Origin: Octopus sinensis
Taxonomy: Eukaryota
DNA length: 64,000 nt
NCBI RefSeq assembly: GCF_006345805.1
Contig: NC_043005.1
Coordinates: 29,202,001-29,266,000, forward strand
Direction of reading: 5' to 3'
In this document: positions 23,916 to 35,618 of the stretch, piece after piece
Layout of the letters: every line of letters begins with the position of its first letter
How positions within the stretch are numbered: position 1 is the first letter of the stretch
Made by a program: the position numbers and the translations under genes
The notes under the pieces: model-generated
What the model saw: the letters and a program-made list of their open reading frames with translations, nothing else
Database searches by the model: none
What the model was told of the DNA's origin: nothing

Positions 23916-23978
23916 TCAGCAGCAGCAACAACAACAACAACAACAACAACAGCAGCAGCAGCAGCAGCAGCAACAACA
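23712..23978. repeat. (CAA)n/(CAG)n compound microsatellite
   Basis: Directly visible; source of the poly-N, poly-L and poly-C ORFs. Confidence 0.95.
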
Positions 23979-24290
23979 CGGACTCGCGGTCGGAGGATCG
24001 CAGTTTCGATTCCCAGACCGGGCGTTGTGTGTGTTTATTGAGCGAAAACACCTAAAGCTCCACGAGGCTCTGGCAGGGGATGGTGGCGACCCCTGTTGTA
24101 CTCTTTCGCTCCAACTTACTCTCATTCTTTCTTCCTGTTTCTTGTCCCCGACTTCCTACGCAACCGCTGAGCCTGGATGCGCATTCATCCATCCGTCGAT
24201 GCTCTCGGTGTCGGGGGTTGACCTGCTTTCTCTTCTGCGGGTCTTAGGACTTCTCCCATCTTGCGAGCTCTGGGACGAAGACCGTTCGCT
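23979..24290 (+). mobile_element. tRNA-derived SINE family C (5'-truncated head, tail type X) in (CAA)n
   Basis: CGGACTCGCGGTCGGAGGATCGCAGTTTCGATTCCC head; TTGAGCGAAAACACCTAAAGCTCCACGAGGC body shared with 42138-42410. Confidence 0.8.
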
Positions 24291-24589
24291 CAACAGCAAC
24301 AGCAACAGCAGCAACAACAACAACAGCAGCAGCAGCAAGTATAACTGCAGCAGCAGCAACAACAACAACAACAACATGACTGGTACCTATTCTATTGACC
24401 CCGTAGGCGAGGGTCCATGTCTCTTCAATCCACTCATTTGTAACCTGCGCCTTGCAAAAGAAAGGCCAGAACAATCTCCACGATGGACACTGGTGATGGC
24501 AGGATCTTACACATAACAACAATGCTCGAGCAAAAAACCTCCAAAAAAGACCTTTAAAAAAATCAAAAACAAAGTAAAAACCGCCAGCA

Positions 24590-24900
24590 AAAAGCAGAAC
24601 GTTGACAGTGTATGATGATAGATTTTGCAATGCTATATGATAGTAGAGTGGATATCAAAGAAATTGAGAAAAGTGCGAAATATCAGGATCTAACCACCAG
24701 AGACATGAAGACATTGTGGAAGACAAAGGTGACAAGTGTTTCTGTGATAATTGATGCATCCGGCACAACATCCAAACTCTGTTACTTGAGAGGTTGAAGG
24801 ATACTGGAGTTGAGACACGCCTTGACAATCGACAAGAGTCCTAAGAAAATTCTTGTAATTTGAGGAGGCTTATTGTCACCAAACTTCAGGATAACGTTCC
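24590..24900 (+). mobile_element. R4/Dong-like RLE fragment
   Basis: MMIDFAMLYDSRVDIKEIEKSAKYQDL..LWKTKVTSVSVIIDASG. Confidence 0.7.
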
Positions 24901-25627
24901 TGTTAATTAAATTAGCACGTGATAACTTTTGAATAAAGAATGTATCTCAACCTTTAATGAATAGAAATAGAAAGGAAAAAGAAACCGAATGCTATTGAAG
25001 TACGACAAGGTAAAGAAGAAACGAAGCACTCGGAATCAAAGAACGCCTGAAACAAAATGTCTACTTCAAATAGCGAAGAATTCAGCGTAAGTGAGTGCAC
25101 AAAATTCAACTCCAGCCCCAAATTAATTCTATGAAGAATTAAATTAAGACAAACTCGAAATCAATGTAGTACTATCAACCAAAAACAAAAAAAAAAAGAG
25201 GTTTTTGGAAATAAACAAACAAACAAACGATAAAGAGCTGCAAAAGAATCACCGCGGGCGAGATAGTTCAAACTGGCAAACACTGCACCTGAACGCACAA
25301 ACACTTGAAGATACCACGAAACAAGATCTGAAACTTCCGGTCAAAGTATTTAATAAAGAATAAGGGTCCAGAAAGTGCTAATAGAGTTGTTTGATAAGAT
25401 ACTTAAGGAGCTGGAGACAGTATCTGGTTAAATCCTAAACACAACAGTTCAATAGAAAAAATTGTAAATTGAAGCAAAATCATTAAAAAAAAAAGTGTGA
25501 TAACAGTTCAAATGGTTTTTTAAAAATTGTTTATTGGTTGTTTATCAGTTATAAGCAATATGGCAGATATTCAAAAGGAATGAATTCCACACATTCAGAA
25601 ACACAACATTTTGGTAGCCTGTCTGTG

Positions 25628-25628
25628 A

Positions 25629-25727
<99 letters not shown>

Positions 25728-25728
25728 A
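25628..25728. repeat. (TATC)n microsatellite
   Basis: About 25 near-pure units. Confidence 0.95.
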
Positions 25729-25746
25729 TGTCTGTCTGTCTGTCTA

Positions 25747-26385
25747 CAGGGGTTGGACAAAATAAAGGAAACATCTTAAAATTTCCTACAAATTAATTTT
25801 AATATAGGGTAGGACTGACTTTGGCAGTAATTACAACTTGAATTCTACGAGGTATGGACTCGTATAAAATTTGAATTGTTTCCAAACGAATTTTTGTCCA
25901 TTCTTCGGCTAAAACCGTCTCCAGTTCTTATAGTGATGATGGTGGAGGATATCGACTCCTTATTTGTTTTTCTAAAATGAACCATAAATGTTCAATAATA
26001 TTGAGATCTGGGGACTGTGGTGGCCACATAAGATGTTCAATTTCACTAGAATATTCCTCGTGCCATTCAGCAACAACTTTAGCTGTGAGAATTGGTGCAT
26101 TGTCATCCTGAAAGACTGCGTTTCCCTCCAGAAACAGTTCCGTGACCATAGCATGAATTTGAGCAGATAAAATGCTTAAATAGTCTTGACTATTAATTCT
26201 GTCATGAAAGGAAACCATTGAGCGGCGCGGGGGGGATTTCCAAGATATCCCCGCCGCCCGCCGATCAACACAGATCCTCCTCCATGTTAGAAGAAGGCAG
26301 TCTGGGTCAAATGCTTCTTTTGGCTGTTTCCACACGTATACTCGACCGGTGTTCGGAAATAAGGCAAAGGATGACTCGTTCAAAA
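25747..26385 (-). mobile_element. Tc1-like transposon 3' half with DD36E catalytic spacing
   Basis: TA|CAGGGGTTGGACAAAATAA terminus at 25745-25765; ORF 26383-25928 with (D)ESSF...FQDDNAP...WPPQSPDLNIIEHLW; 36 residues counted between the second D and E. Confidence 0.9.
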
Positions 26386-26399
26386 AAATAACATTAGAA

Positions 26400-27560
26400 A
26401 GGATACTGCAAAGGTCATATGGCTGTAAAGATTACTGGTCAACAAAGCTACAACCGTAAAACTATAGAATTAAAGAGATGAATCTGAGCATGCCATGGAT
26501 TGACTTACCAGAAGGATTTTGATCGTGTTTCGTACACATGGAAACATAAGCACATGAATAAGGTAGCATCAATTATCAATAGATTCATTGAGCAAACAGC
26601 TCAAGAGATATTGACAAAAATGGGAATTATTCAAAACTAATGACGTATCTATTAGAAAAATATTCTAAAGAACTCTCACTTTCTTTTCCTTTCCTGTTGG
26701 TTACAGGTGTTAATACCTTTAAGCAACATGTTTTAGATGTAGAAATTTAAGAAGCGTTGATAGAAACAGTAGCTTCACTACACGAGTAGATACGAGATTG
26801 GGATGAGAAAATACACCAAAGTAATCTTGAAAAGAAGAAAATTAATTATTTACACTGATACAATGCTAGATAATTTGAAACAAAATTAAGAGAATTGGAT
26901 CAGGCATAGACTTATGAATACTTAGGAATTAATGAGCTGGACAGTATAGAAAACACACAAACGAAAGAAAGAAGTTAGGAAGAAGGAATATTCTAAATGC
27001 ATCAGATTAATACTTGAAACGGAGCTAAGCGTAAAAAGTAAGGGAATAGACTTCAATGTTCTAATTATTGTAGTAATAAGTTATAGTCTCATTAATCTCA
27101 AAAGAATTAGGAACATACAATAGGAAACGAACGGAGAATAATGAATATATTTATAATGCACTTCTTAAAAAGCTGACAAAAAGATTATAACGATCTACAG
27201 TAACTAAGAAACTAATAAGGTATCTAGTGATGAATTATAAAAAAATATTTGGTAAAGAATAAAAGGGAACTAATAGCTTCAAGGTATGAAAATGAATAAA
27301 TTAACAGTTGTCAGTTGTTTAAGAAACAACCAACAAATATGAAACAGAAGTTGAGAGAGGGAACAGCTGTGAGAAGGGTGAAGAAAGAACGATAGAAACT
27401 AATAAAAAAAAACTAAACTGAAAATATAATTACAAAATATCTTTGTATGATCTGGATTGTCGACCAGAAAATATCCCACGTGGCCAATACATGAAAATAG
27501 ATTAGGAAAAACACGTAAAGCTGGCTGAGAAACGCAGGGTTCAAAGATGAAATCGAGTTT
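26400..27560 (+). mobile_element. Heavily decayed R4/Dong-like RT and thumb
   Basis: KGYCKGSYGCKD, LSMPWID, TYEYLGINE, IRLILETELSVKSK and WLRNAGFKDEIE. Confidence 0.65.
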
Positions 27561-27679
27561 TCTTTTATTGATTTCAATAGTTGTATAGATCACGGAGTAC
27601 AGAAAAACAAAGCAAGGAATTTACTCATAAATTATTTTGTTGCGTCATCTTACGCGCATTTCATTAGCATTGAAAATAC

Positions 27680-28050
27680 CAATTATATAAAGAAAAACGA
27701 AACAGATTCCTTTGTCAAATCTTCAGAGATTGCATAACTCTCATCAGTAACTTTTTGGATTCATACTGAACTGCTGACAATATTTCGGTAACAACTAACA
27801 CATCATCGTTATTATACCTTCACCCAACCTTGTCGCTCAATTCAAATATGCTGAGGCTTCTTTCTCGTTTGATTATCAAGAATTTTGTTGTTATCTCTCG
27901 CACTTAGATTTTAAAAGCATAAACTCTTGTTCCCTCGATAAACGTCTTCACAACACATTTGATAAATAGATTTTTATCAAAACCAATATCAAGTTTTGTC
28001 TGCTCTTCTGGAGTCGAGTTCCAACCAAGAAACAAGGGCCCTTCTAGCGA
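27680..28050 (-). mobile_element. Possible hAT transposase remnant
   Basis: GWNST and VVTEILSAVQYESKKL resemble hAT RWNS and ILxxVNxVSKxLQ motifs; weak. Confidence 0.35.
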
Positions 28051-28201
28051 AATTTAGACATCATGTAGGCTGTCACATGTATATGCTGCAGTTATAAATG
28101 TATATATGTAAGTATATGTATATTTATGTCTGTATGTATATTTGTATGCATGTTTGTACGTGTGAGCTTATTTATGCATGTTTTTAGTTATTATGTATAC
28201 T

Positions 28202-28245
<44 letters not shown>

Positions 28246-28439
28246 TGCATGTTTCTATGTATGTATGAATGTATGTCTATCTGTATGTTTGTACGTACGT
28301 TTTCTTTTTTGAATATTTGAATTCTTTCTTATAACAAGTTTCTAACAAATAAAAAACTTCAGACCCATCGTTGAAATTTGATAGTTGAATTTGATGACTA
28401 AGCTTCAGACAGGGCAATCAGTTCTCAGGATCGACACTC

Positions 28440-28740
28440 ATTCTTCAACTGTGTCTGATGCCGTCCCTATTCCTTTCATCTGTTTAATGTTGGGAACATT
28501 GTGATCATGCAGTTAGGTTGCAGGGTATAACCAGACGCCCTGAACTTGTACTATTATTGAATTACACAGAGGGACGCTTCAGAATTGAACATCACACTTA
28601 GAAACGAACATATTCTTCTAGTCCGCGCAACATTCAAACTGAATATGTGACTAGATATATGGGAACTCCAGGTGAGTCCAGTGATAATCTGTAACCAGCA
28701 GAAATGGCATAGATTATTCAGCTTAAGGTAGTTTACCACA
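28440..28740 (-). mobile_element. CR1/L2-like RT C-terminal fragment
   Basis: LTWSSHISSHI...ARTRRI... Confidence 0.5.
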
Positions 28741-28883
28741 ATAATTCTACATAAAGGATGGTCTCTGAAAAAAGTCTAGAACTAAATAACTGCTCTAAAG
28801 TATCCACGAAATATAAAACTTTATATCCATTTAAATAAATCAACGGTTAACAATGACAACAACACTGGTGTAATATATTTTAG

Positions 28884-29103
28884 TGACAAGGCAGCGAGCT
28901 AGCAGAAACGTTAGCACGCCGGACGAAATGCTTAGAGATATTTCGTCTGTCTTTACGTTCTGAGTTCAAATTCCGCCGAGGCCGACTTTGCCCATTATCC
29001 TTTCGGGGTCGATAAATTAAGTACCAGTTGCTTACTGAGGTCGATCTAATCAACTGGCCTCCTCCCCTCAAACTTCAGGCCTTGTGCCTAGAGTAGAAAA
29101 GAA
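28884..29103 (+). mobile_element. SINE family B (full length)
   Basis: GGCAGCGAGCTAGCAGAAACGTTAGCACGCCGG...GGCCTTGTGCCTAGAGTAGAAAAGAAT. Confidence 0.85.
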
Positions 29104-29694
29104 TATATTTTAGTGACGCTATGACATCATGGGCAATTTCCGCATAGCCATTCTAATGTTTATTGAGGTACAGTGAGATAATAGTTTGTGTTCTGAGCAG
29201 AGCAAATTTAACCAACAAATTTGAGGGAAGAGGGATTACTGGATACCATCCAGTGGTGTAGCCAGAGTGTGACAGCCGAGACGGCCCTTGAGTTTTCCAC
29301 TCCCACCGGACCTCCAAACCTTAACAGATTTATACAGCAAACCCAAAAGATCCGCCCAATAAAAGAAAGAAACGAACCACCTCTCGATTCCCACTACCTT
29401 TTTACATAGATACTATCAACCCTAGTACTTGACTGGTACTTTATTTTATCGACCTCAAAAGGACGAAACTAGTTTAAATACTTGCTGATTCTTTGATTCA
29501 AGCGAGGTTTGATATGAAAATGTTAAGCGGATGAAACTAAACACAACAATGTGTTTTTCTTTCTGTCTGGAACCTTGCTGGTTGAGAAAATTGTATGTTT
29601 TTCTGTTGATATTATCATAAGTTTTTCTAACAGAGGAAAAAACATCTAGATTTACAGTGTTAAATATCGGTGTAAGGGTACAGTTTCATGATGT

Positions 29695-29912
29695 TGTTAC
29701 GTCAGTAATGTTTAGAGCTGATTTGGGCGGAGAAGTGGTCACGAAACGGTGGAAAATAGCGACACTGATACAAAGCTGTGTGTGTGGCAAAGAGAGAAAG
29801 AGAGAGATAGAAAGAGAGAGAGAGAGGGAGAGAGAAGACAGAGAATAGGTATGTAAGAGAATCCGTGTTGAGTGGCCATGTCAAAAACAATGACGTGACT
29901 TCACGTGATCTC
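29695..29912. promoter_or_regulatory. Candidate cis-regulatory cluster around a (GA)n tract
   Basis: TTACGTCA, GGGCGGAG, GTCACGA, TGACGTGA and TCACGTGA in non-repeat sequence. Confidence 0.3.
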
Positions 29913-30864
29913 ACTGCGAATTAGTGAAATGTGAGAAAATACCCGTAAAATAGTGAATTTTTACAGTAACTTGAACAACAACAGCAGCAACAACAACAAC
30001 AACTACGACGACGACGACGACGACGACAACAACAACAACAACAACAACAATAAAAGAAAAAAGTCGTGTCTAAAGATTTCCTGTTTGAAATACTAATCCT
30101 GGAAGATAATGGATTATGGTTGTCTAGTTTGGATATAAATTTATCTTCGTTTATCTTCGTTTATTACGGTTGACAAACATTTTTGTAAATGCGATGTTTA
30201 GTGATTTATGAAAAAAGGTGTGATGAAGCCGAGTGGCATTCATGCCTTGCAAAAGGATAAAAGCAACATAGGAGAAGTAAATTTGTTCCCTGACCTGAAC
30301 CAGTAACGTGAGCTGAATGTCCGGGAGTTTTACCTCTGGATTCACTGAAGAACTGATTACACTGGTTACCTTAGCAACATCATTATTGATCACTTTGAGA
30401 GTGCATACCAGTTTGTTATACAAGGTCTGAGAGGCCGTTATGGACGTGAAATCTAGGGTAGTAGTATTCATTGAAGAGTGGTAGATACGTGGATCGCGGA
30501 AAGTTGGTGGAATCCTTCTTGGAATAGTTCCAGAAAGATCTGAGGAAATTTAATTGGTATGAACGGTTTGATGGACACCCCGAGGTCAAATAGATGAGGT
30601 TTCCATAAGGTTCCTGAAAGATTTGCTGTTCTTTGGATGAAACTCTCTTAGTATGGTTCCCGAAAGATCTGAAATTTAATTGGTATATAGTTTGGCGGAA
30701 ACTCTTTTCGCTTGGTTCTAGAAAAGTTCACCGTAATTTACTTGGTAATGGAGTCTGATGGACACGCTCTTCCTGTGGTTTGCATCGGGGTTTGCAGGTT
30801 GTGTGATTTGGAAAGGCATCCTTTGTTCGTATTATTGCCATTTTGAAGAGATTATGTTGATCTT

Positions 30865-31207
30865 TTACTTGTTTCTGTCATTGGACTGTGACCATGCTGG
30901 GGCATCGCATTGAAGTATTTGTACGAACAAATCGACCCTAAAACTTCCTTTTTTATCATTTTCTTCGTCGGACAGTTATGTGATGGAAACATAAACAAAG
31001 CAACATCGGTTGTTATGCGGTTTAAGGACAAAGACATATACAAGCACACACATATATGGCGTGCTTCGACACAGTTTCACTCTGCAATTCACTAGGTATT
31101 GGCCAGTCTGGGGTTATAGAAGAAGATACTTGCCCAAGGTGACCCGCAGAAGGACTGAACCTGAAAACAAATGGTTGCAAAATTCGCTTCTTAACCACAC
31201 AGCCACG
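30865..31207 (-). mobile_element. SINE family A, diverged
   Basis: Tail TCTTTTACTTGTTTC to head CTTAACCACACAGCC. Confidence 0.75.
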
Positions 31208-31239
31208 GATGGATTTATTTGAGTAAGCTACCCGAGTGT

Positions 31240-31725
31240 TTTTCATTTACAGGCTTTGTTTCTGTGAGGAATGTGAAGAGATGCAGGGATTCGGCGATCC
31301 AGTTAAGAATATCAGATGTCTCAGCGCTGAAAAGCATTCACTACTAAGGATGGTCAGCATAAAATTGATAAGGCTTTGGCCATTTAGTTTTCTTCAAGTG
31401 ACAGAGGATTCTGATTGCTTTGGGGGTAGATTGAGGGTATGTGTGGTGTATTGCGGTTATTTTGCAGTGATCAGGCGAGCCAATGGGTGCAGGGCAATGA
31501 TGGCTTGCTAAAGGTCGGTTTTAGATAGCAGTAAGACGTTTACTGGCTTTTTTCTGTCTGTATGTCTATCAGAAGCAGAGAGACAAACGGTTCGGTGTCT
31601 TTACCGAAGGCGTTCGCGTGGATGAAGTGTGAGAGTCAAGAGGTGGAGCTTATTAATATTGAAGTCGCTAAGTGTGATGATGTCAGAGAGAAGGAGAGAA
31701 GACAGAAAGAGAAAGTGAGAGAAGA
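31240..31725 (-). mobile_element. CR1/L2-like APE endonuclease C-terminal fragment
   Basis: IITLSDFNI (GDFN motif), NVLLLSK (DL-like motif), PIGSPDH (SDH motif). Confidence 0.6.
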
Positions 31726-31906
31726 GGGAGAGAGATGAAGAGAGGTATAAGAAAGATGCTTTTGACGTAGGAAGTGAAAAGTTAAACAACTGCTGCTAAT
31801 AGGAGTGGTTCCTTGTGGAGTGTCCCTATCGTTTTTCCAGTCCTCCTCTCTTCGCGGTTTCTCTCTTCTCTCTCTTCCTCATACTTCCTTTGTATCCGAT
31901 CCCCTG

Positions 31907-32286
31907 TTATTACCTCCGCCAAGGAAGAAGGTTATGTTTTCATCGGCGCTGGTTTGTCCGTCTGTCCGTCTGTGTGCAAAATAACTCAAAAAGTTGTGAA
32001 CAGTATTTGATGAAACTTGCAGGAAAAGTTGATAGTGACACAAGGAACAGATGATGAAATTTTGGTAGTGATCCGGGAATTTCTTTGGATTCTTAAAGGA
32101 TTGTTATATTTACTTTACATGAAGTATTACAATGTTACGTTCTTTGATTATCTTCCTTTAAAACACGTTCATCGTTTCAACGTAACCTGTGGTGGCGCTG
32201 CTGTTTCCAAAGTTTATTTTCCTTTCTCTATTAGTAATTTTACTCGCCTATCTATCTTAAAATGAGCTGCTTGGCGGAGGTCTGCG
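31907..32286 (+). mobile_element. Helentron-associated (HINE-like) non-autonomous element, 3' hairpin lost
   Basis: Perfect 12-bp sub-terminal IRs ACCTCCGCCAAG (31912-31923) and CTTGGCGGAGGT (32270-32281); GTCC/GTCT microsatellite after the 5' end. Confidence 0.7.
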
Positions 32287-32291
32287 GAGGA

Positions 32292-32765
32292 CGACATGAC
32301 AAGCCTTGACTGTTGGGATCGACTCAAAAAGCTCAGGCTTTGCTCCCTCCACCGCCGCTGTGAGCTCTGTATGATATGGAAAATATTCCATCAACATTGC
32401 CCATCTTTAAAATTCGTCCGAGGTTTGGCCCCCGTGCCATCCGTCCACTACAGAAATGTTCGTGTCAATTCACAACACTATGACAGAACTATTTCACCTC
32501 AATTGGCCCTGCTCTCTTCAACATCGTGCCAGACATACATAAAGGAGGAAAGTGACTTCACGGCATTCAAACGATCCGTAGATGATTACCCCCCAACAAT
32601 TACCAGATAAACCACCCACACCCAGATATGTCTTTGAAAACAATAACTCTCTACTTGAATGGGCTGTGGTTCCCCAGAGCTGACTGTGTATCTCTTCCAG
32701 GTGGTGCTATTAAATTAGACATGGTCCGAGTCAACTTCGGCCGAAACGTATCTAAGTAATCTAAT
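32292..32765 (+). mobile_element. 5'-truncated CR1-like LINE 3' end
   Basis: WDRLKKLRLCSLHRR, IGPALFNIVP, FKRSVDDY, PDKPPTPRY..NNNSLLEW*, then a 3' stem-loop and TCTAAGTAA tail. Confidence 0.8.
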
Positions 32766-32965
32766 TTATGCTGTAACCTTTTAATCAAAGCATGACATGG
32801 GTAGAGGCTGATATCTTAACATTTCTGATGGTCTTAGGTATAAAAAAAAGAATAAAAAATGTATATAGAACCACATTCAGAGTATGTCTATAAGCTATTG
32901 TGTTTAGACCTGGTTTCTATCCTCAAACACTTCCGTTTTGTAGATTTTTATTCTTATTCTTTCTT

Positions 32966-33327
32966 TTATTCTTTTACTTGTTTCAGTCATTTGACTGCGG
33001 CCATGCTGGAGCACCGCCTTTAGTCGAGCAAATCGACCCCGGGACTTATTCTTTGTAAGCCCAGTACTTATTCTATCGGTTTCTTTTGCCGAACCGCTAA
33101 GTGACGGGGAAGTAAACACACCAGACATACACACACACATACACATATATATATACATATATACGACAGGCTTCTTTCAGTTTCCGTCTACCAAATCCAC
33201 TCACAAGGCATTGGTCGGCCCGGGCTATAGCAGAAGACACTTGCCCAAGATGCCACGCAGTGGGACTGAACCCGGAACCATGTGGTTGGTTAGCAAGCTA
33301 CTTACCACACGGCCACTCCTGCGCCTA
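32966..33327 (-). mobile_element. SINE family A (young subfamily)
   Basis: Same diagnostic variants as the copies at 11054 and 17481. Confidence 0.9.
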
Positions 33328-33519
33328 TGCAATTTTTTTTTTAATAAAGCACTCCGAAATTAGAAAAATAAAAAATCTGCAACAATCTCGGTCCCATGAA
33401 TATCGGATAATGGATTTTCAACTGTGTAAAGAAACTGATTGTGGTGATCGTAGTTTTGACGGTGATTGTGTTGAAAGCAGAGACAGTGTTGATGACGATG
33501 GTCGAGATAAGTATGGAAG

Positions 33520-33636
33520 GAAGTTATGTCTTTGCCGGCGTTGGTGTGGGAAATTGGGCGATTTTTAGCATGCGTGTATATGGGTGGAAATGAGCTGCTT
33601 GGCAGAGGTCTGTGCCCTCCGAGGGCTATTCTAGTT
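33520..33636 (+). mobile_element. HINE-like element 3' end
   Basis: GAGCTGCTTGGCAGAGGTCTGT-GCCCTCCGAGGGC (hairpin)-TATTCTAGTT. Confidence 0.6.
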
Positions 33637-33732
33637 TCATTTCATACCTCTTCTTCTAACTTTCTTCTACTTAACACTTTCACTTTCTTTCTTCGTAACA
33701 CACACACACACACACATACATACACACACACA

Positions 33733-33770
<38 letters not shown>

Positions 33771-33775
33771 AATTA

Positions 33776-33811
<36 letters not shown>

Positions 33812-33964
33812 GCTCTCTCCCATCTCTACTACTGTTATATAAATGTTTTCATTAAAAGTGACCACAAATCTTTTTCCCTTGAGATACTTTGAGGATATTT
33901 GTAATAATTTTTACACAATATTAATTACATCAAAATTATTTAGAAAGTTTTCGTTTGAAGTTTT

Positions 33965-34048
33965 TCCTTGGGCAAGTGTCTTCTAGCAGTGGACCGATCA
34001 AAGTCTTGCGAGTGGATTTGGTAGACGGAAACTGAAAAAATCCCGTCG

Positions 34049-34092
<44 letters not shown>

Positions 34093-34290
34093 TATATATA
34101 TGTTTGTCCCCATCCCACACCGCTTGACAACTGGTATTAGTGTGTTTACGTTCACGTAACTTAGGGGTTCAGTAAAACAGAACGATAAAATAAGTACCAG
34201 GCTTTATAAAAATTAATACTAGGGTTGACATCGTCGGCTAAAAACTCTTGAAGGTGATGCCCCAGCATGGCCGTAGTCTAATGACCGAAA
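33965..34290 (+). mobile_element. SINE family A, 5'-truncated
   Basis: CCTTGGGCAAGTGTCTTCTAGC...GAAACAAGTAAAAGATA. Confidence 0.8.
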
Positions 34291-34304
34291 CAAGTAAAAG
34301 ATAT

Positions 34305-34528
34305 ACTGATTTCAAATTTTGGTACAAGGCCAGCATTTTCGGGGTGGGTTAATACGATTGCATTGACCCCAGTACGCAACCCTAATTTTATCGACCCCGA
34401 TAGATGAAAGGCAGAATCGACTTCGGTGATATTTGAATTCAGAGCGTGAAGACGGACGAAATGTCGGTAAGCATGCTTATCGGCATTTCATCCGGCGTGC
34501 TCACCATTCTACCAGCACGCAGCCTTAA
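34305..34528 (-). mobile_element. SINE family B
   Basis: Family B motifs from tail to head. Confidence 0.75.
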
Positions 34529-34544
34529 AAAGATAAAAGATATT

Positions 34545-34757
34545 CTTTTATTCATTTTTCTTGCTTCGGTCATTTGACTTCGGCCATGCTGAAGTACCGC
34601 CTATAGTCGAACAAATCGACGCCGGGACTTATTCTTTGTAAGCCTAGTACTTATTCTATCGTTTTGTTTTTTACCGAACCGTTAAGTTACGGGGACGTAA
34701 ACACCCCAGCATCGGTTGTCAAGTGATGTTGGTGGGGAACAAACACAGATACGCAAA

Positions 34758-34801
<44 letters not shown>

Positions 34802-34974
34802 ACACACACACACGACGGGCTTCTTTCAGTTTCCTTCTACCAAATCCACTCACAAGGCTTTAGTCGACACGAGACTATAGTAGAAGACACTCGCCCAAGG
34901 TTCCATGCAGTAGGACTGAACCCTGAGCAATGTGGTTGGTAAGCAAGCTACTAGCTACACAGCCACTCCTGCGC
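34545..34974 (-). mobile_element. SINE family A
   Basis: Full length, with older diagnostic states (GACGGGC, AAGGCTTT, GGTAAGC). Confidence 0.85.
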
Positions 34975-35618
34975 GCATATATATTAGCAGATATGCATAT
35001 CACAGCAATTCATACAAGCAAACATGACATAAACAAGCAGAAAAACGCCCGGAGGACAGAATTTCTACGAGTATGTCGAATGCCATTTGTACCTCACAGA
35101 GGTACATGTAGATGGTGGGGGGTCCCGGTTGGAATGATGTCCGTGAATGTTTGCGAAGAGAAAAGAGATTTGTCCAACGGATTTCGTTTCACTGATAATA
35201 AAAGCAATGGAAATAAGTGTATGTGTGGTGGTGATGGGGGTGTATTACAAAGGGAGGTAAATGAGTGGAGACACGTGGACGGTGATGGCGATGGGGAGGA
35301 TGAAAGAATGTGCGAAAGATAGTGACTGCAGGTTGTATAATGTAAGGAAAAGAGACTCCAGTTTTAATCAGATCTGATCACAATGTTGCCACCTGAGGGG
35401 AGGACAAGATTCAACAGGACGAACATATATCATTTCACTTGTATACAATTTATAAAATTCTGGTTGTTGAGGAATTAAGGTAAGTTTTCTGTTTTGAAAG
35501 TTGGGAAATGAAATCCACCGGAGACAGAATGCTTGATTGATAGTCGGACAGATGGACAGTGATGTGTGTGTGTGTGTGTGTGGTGTGTGTGTGTGTGTGT
35601 GTGTGCAAGCACACTCAT

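Noticed and set aside
30151-30471. 106-aa minus-strand ORF as a host exon
   Set aside because: No recognisable domain or convincing splice sites; kept only as part of an unassigned block.
32716-32762. TTAGA...GGCCGAAACGTATCTAA resembling a hammerhead
   Set aside because: No CUGANGA core; better explained as the CR1 3' stem-loop and tail.
35385-35403. CTCF-like motifs (also 38290-38305)
   Set aside because: Mismatches at core positions; one lies within a MITE.
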